Assembly: GCA_022360615.1 (NCBI GenBank)
Contig: JAKSCL010000323.1
Location: forward strand, 1 to 51,878
DNA length: 51,878 bases
From: Hyphomicrobiales bacterium
Lineage (GTDB): Bacteria; Pseudomonadota; Alphaproteobacteria; Rhizobiales; JAKSCL01
Direction: 5' to 3'
The position numbers and the translations under genes are program-made. Of this stretch, positions 51,624 to 51,878 are shown in pieces. Numbering within the stretch: position 1 is the stretch's first letter; each line of letters begins with the position of its first letter. The notes below the pieces were generated by a model. That model was not told where the DNA came from. It saw only the letters and a program-made list of their open reading frames with translations, and did no database searches.

Positions 51624-51878
51624 TCAAGAGCGTCCCTGGGACGCGGTTCGTCTCGATCCGATCGGCAGGCCGAGCTTCGACCACCAAAGCATGCAGGCGG
51701 GAAGCAGGAAGAGATCGGCGATGACCGCCATGGCGATTGCGGCGACACAGAGTGCGCCGAAGGTGCGTGCCGGCGGCATCTCAGCGAAGAACGTCACGCC
51801 GATGCCAAGAATAAGAACCGCGCTCGTGATGATCAGAACCGGTGCCACATATGCGAAGGTGCGCAGGATGATGCGGCG
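51624..51878 (-). CDS. 3' end of an RND/MMPL-superfamily transporter gene (continues beyond the right edge)
   Basis: Frame open to the window edge. C-terminal TM segments ...ILGIGVTFFAEMPPARTFGALCVAAIAMAVIADLFLLPACMLWW are typical of the last helices of RND/MMPL permeases. Confidence 0.6.
   Translation of the reverse strand, partial: RRIILRTFAYVAPVLIITSAVLILGIGVTFFAEMPPARTFGALCVAAIAMAVIADLFLLPACMLWWSKLGLPIGSRRTASQGRS

Overview
This window looks like the origin-proximal part of an alphaproteobacterial (Rhizobiales-like, roughly 58% GC by eye) chromosome, and most of it is densely packed housekeeping genes. Left part: hisH-DUF2628-hisB, hslV and hslU split by a membrane-protein gene, Smr-mltA-Tim44-like, fxsA, secB. 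A tightly coupled minus-strand operon follows (DUF299/ppsR-like, maf, aroE, coaE, dnaQ). It faces hemE across a 405-bp non-coding gap (13642-14046). That gap has DnaA-box-like 9-mers, an AT-rich tract and GANTC sites, and it has the synteny known for alphaproteobacterial oriC. To the right lie hemE-hemJ and rho-mnmE-mnmG-rsmG-parA-parB, with three parS palindromes (two perfect TGTTTCACGTGAAACA). Then come holA-lptE-leuS, yggS, an L,D-transpeptidase gene, an orphan OmpR-family regulator (cenR-like), xthA, lolA-ftsK, glnK-amtB, tesB, a UbiH-family monooxygenase gene, a thioredoxin/LonN/Trm112 operon, a ProX-like deacylase gene and tRNA-Gly(GCC). After the tRNA (42.2-51.9 kb) the content is less canonical: GT4 glycosyltransferase, a 382-aa GNAT-like protein, SDR, MFS, an LpxO/OlsC-like beta-hydroxylase divergent from a serine-palmitoyltransferase-like alpha-oxoamine synthase, a secreted alpha/beta hydrolase, a class B flavin monooxygenase and the 3' end of an RND/MMPL transporter gene. 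I saw no CRISPR array, IS element, integrase, prophage or recognisable defence system. The points most worth follow-up are the putative oriC, the parS set, two perfect CtrA boxes (TTAA-N7-TTAAC), a structured C-rich-loop candidate sRNA in the xthA-lolA gap, a 53-codon ORF whose stop overlaps the hslU start codon, and the uncharacterised lipid-type gene block at the right end. All function calls rest on my recognition of motifs in the translated ORFs; no searches were run.
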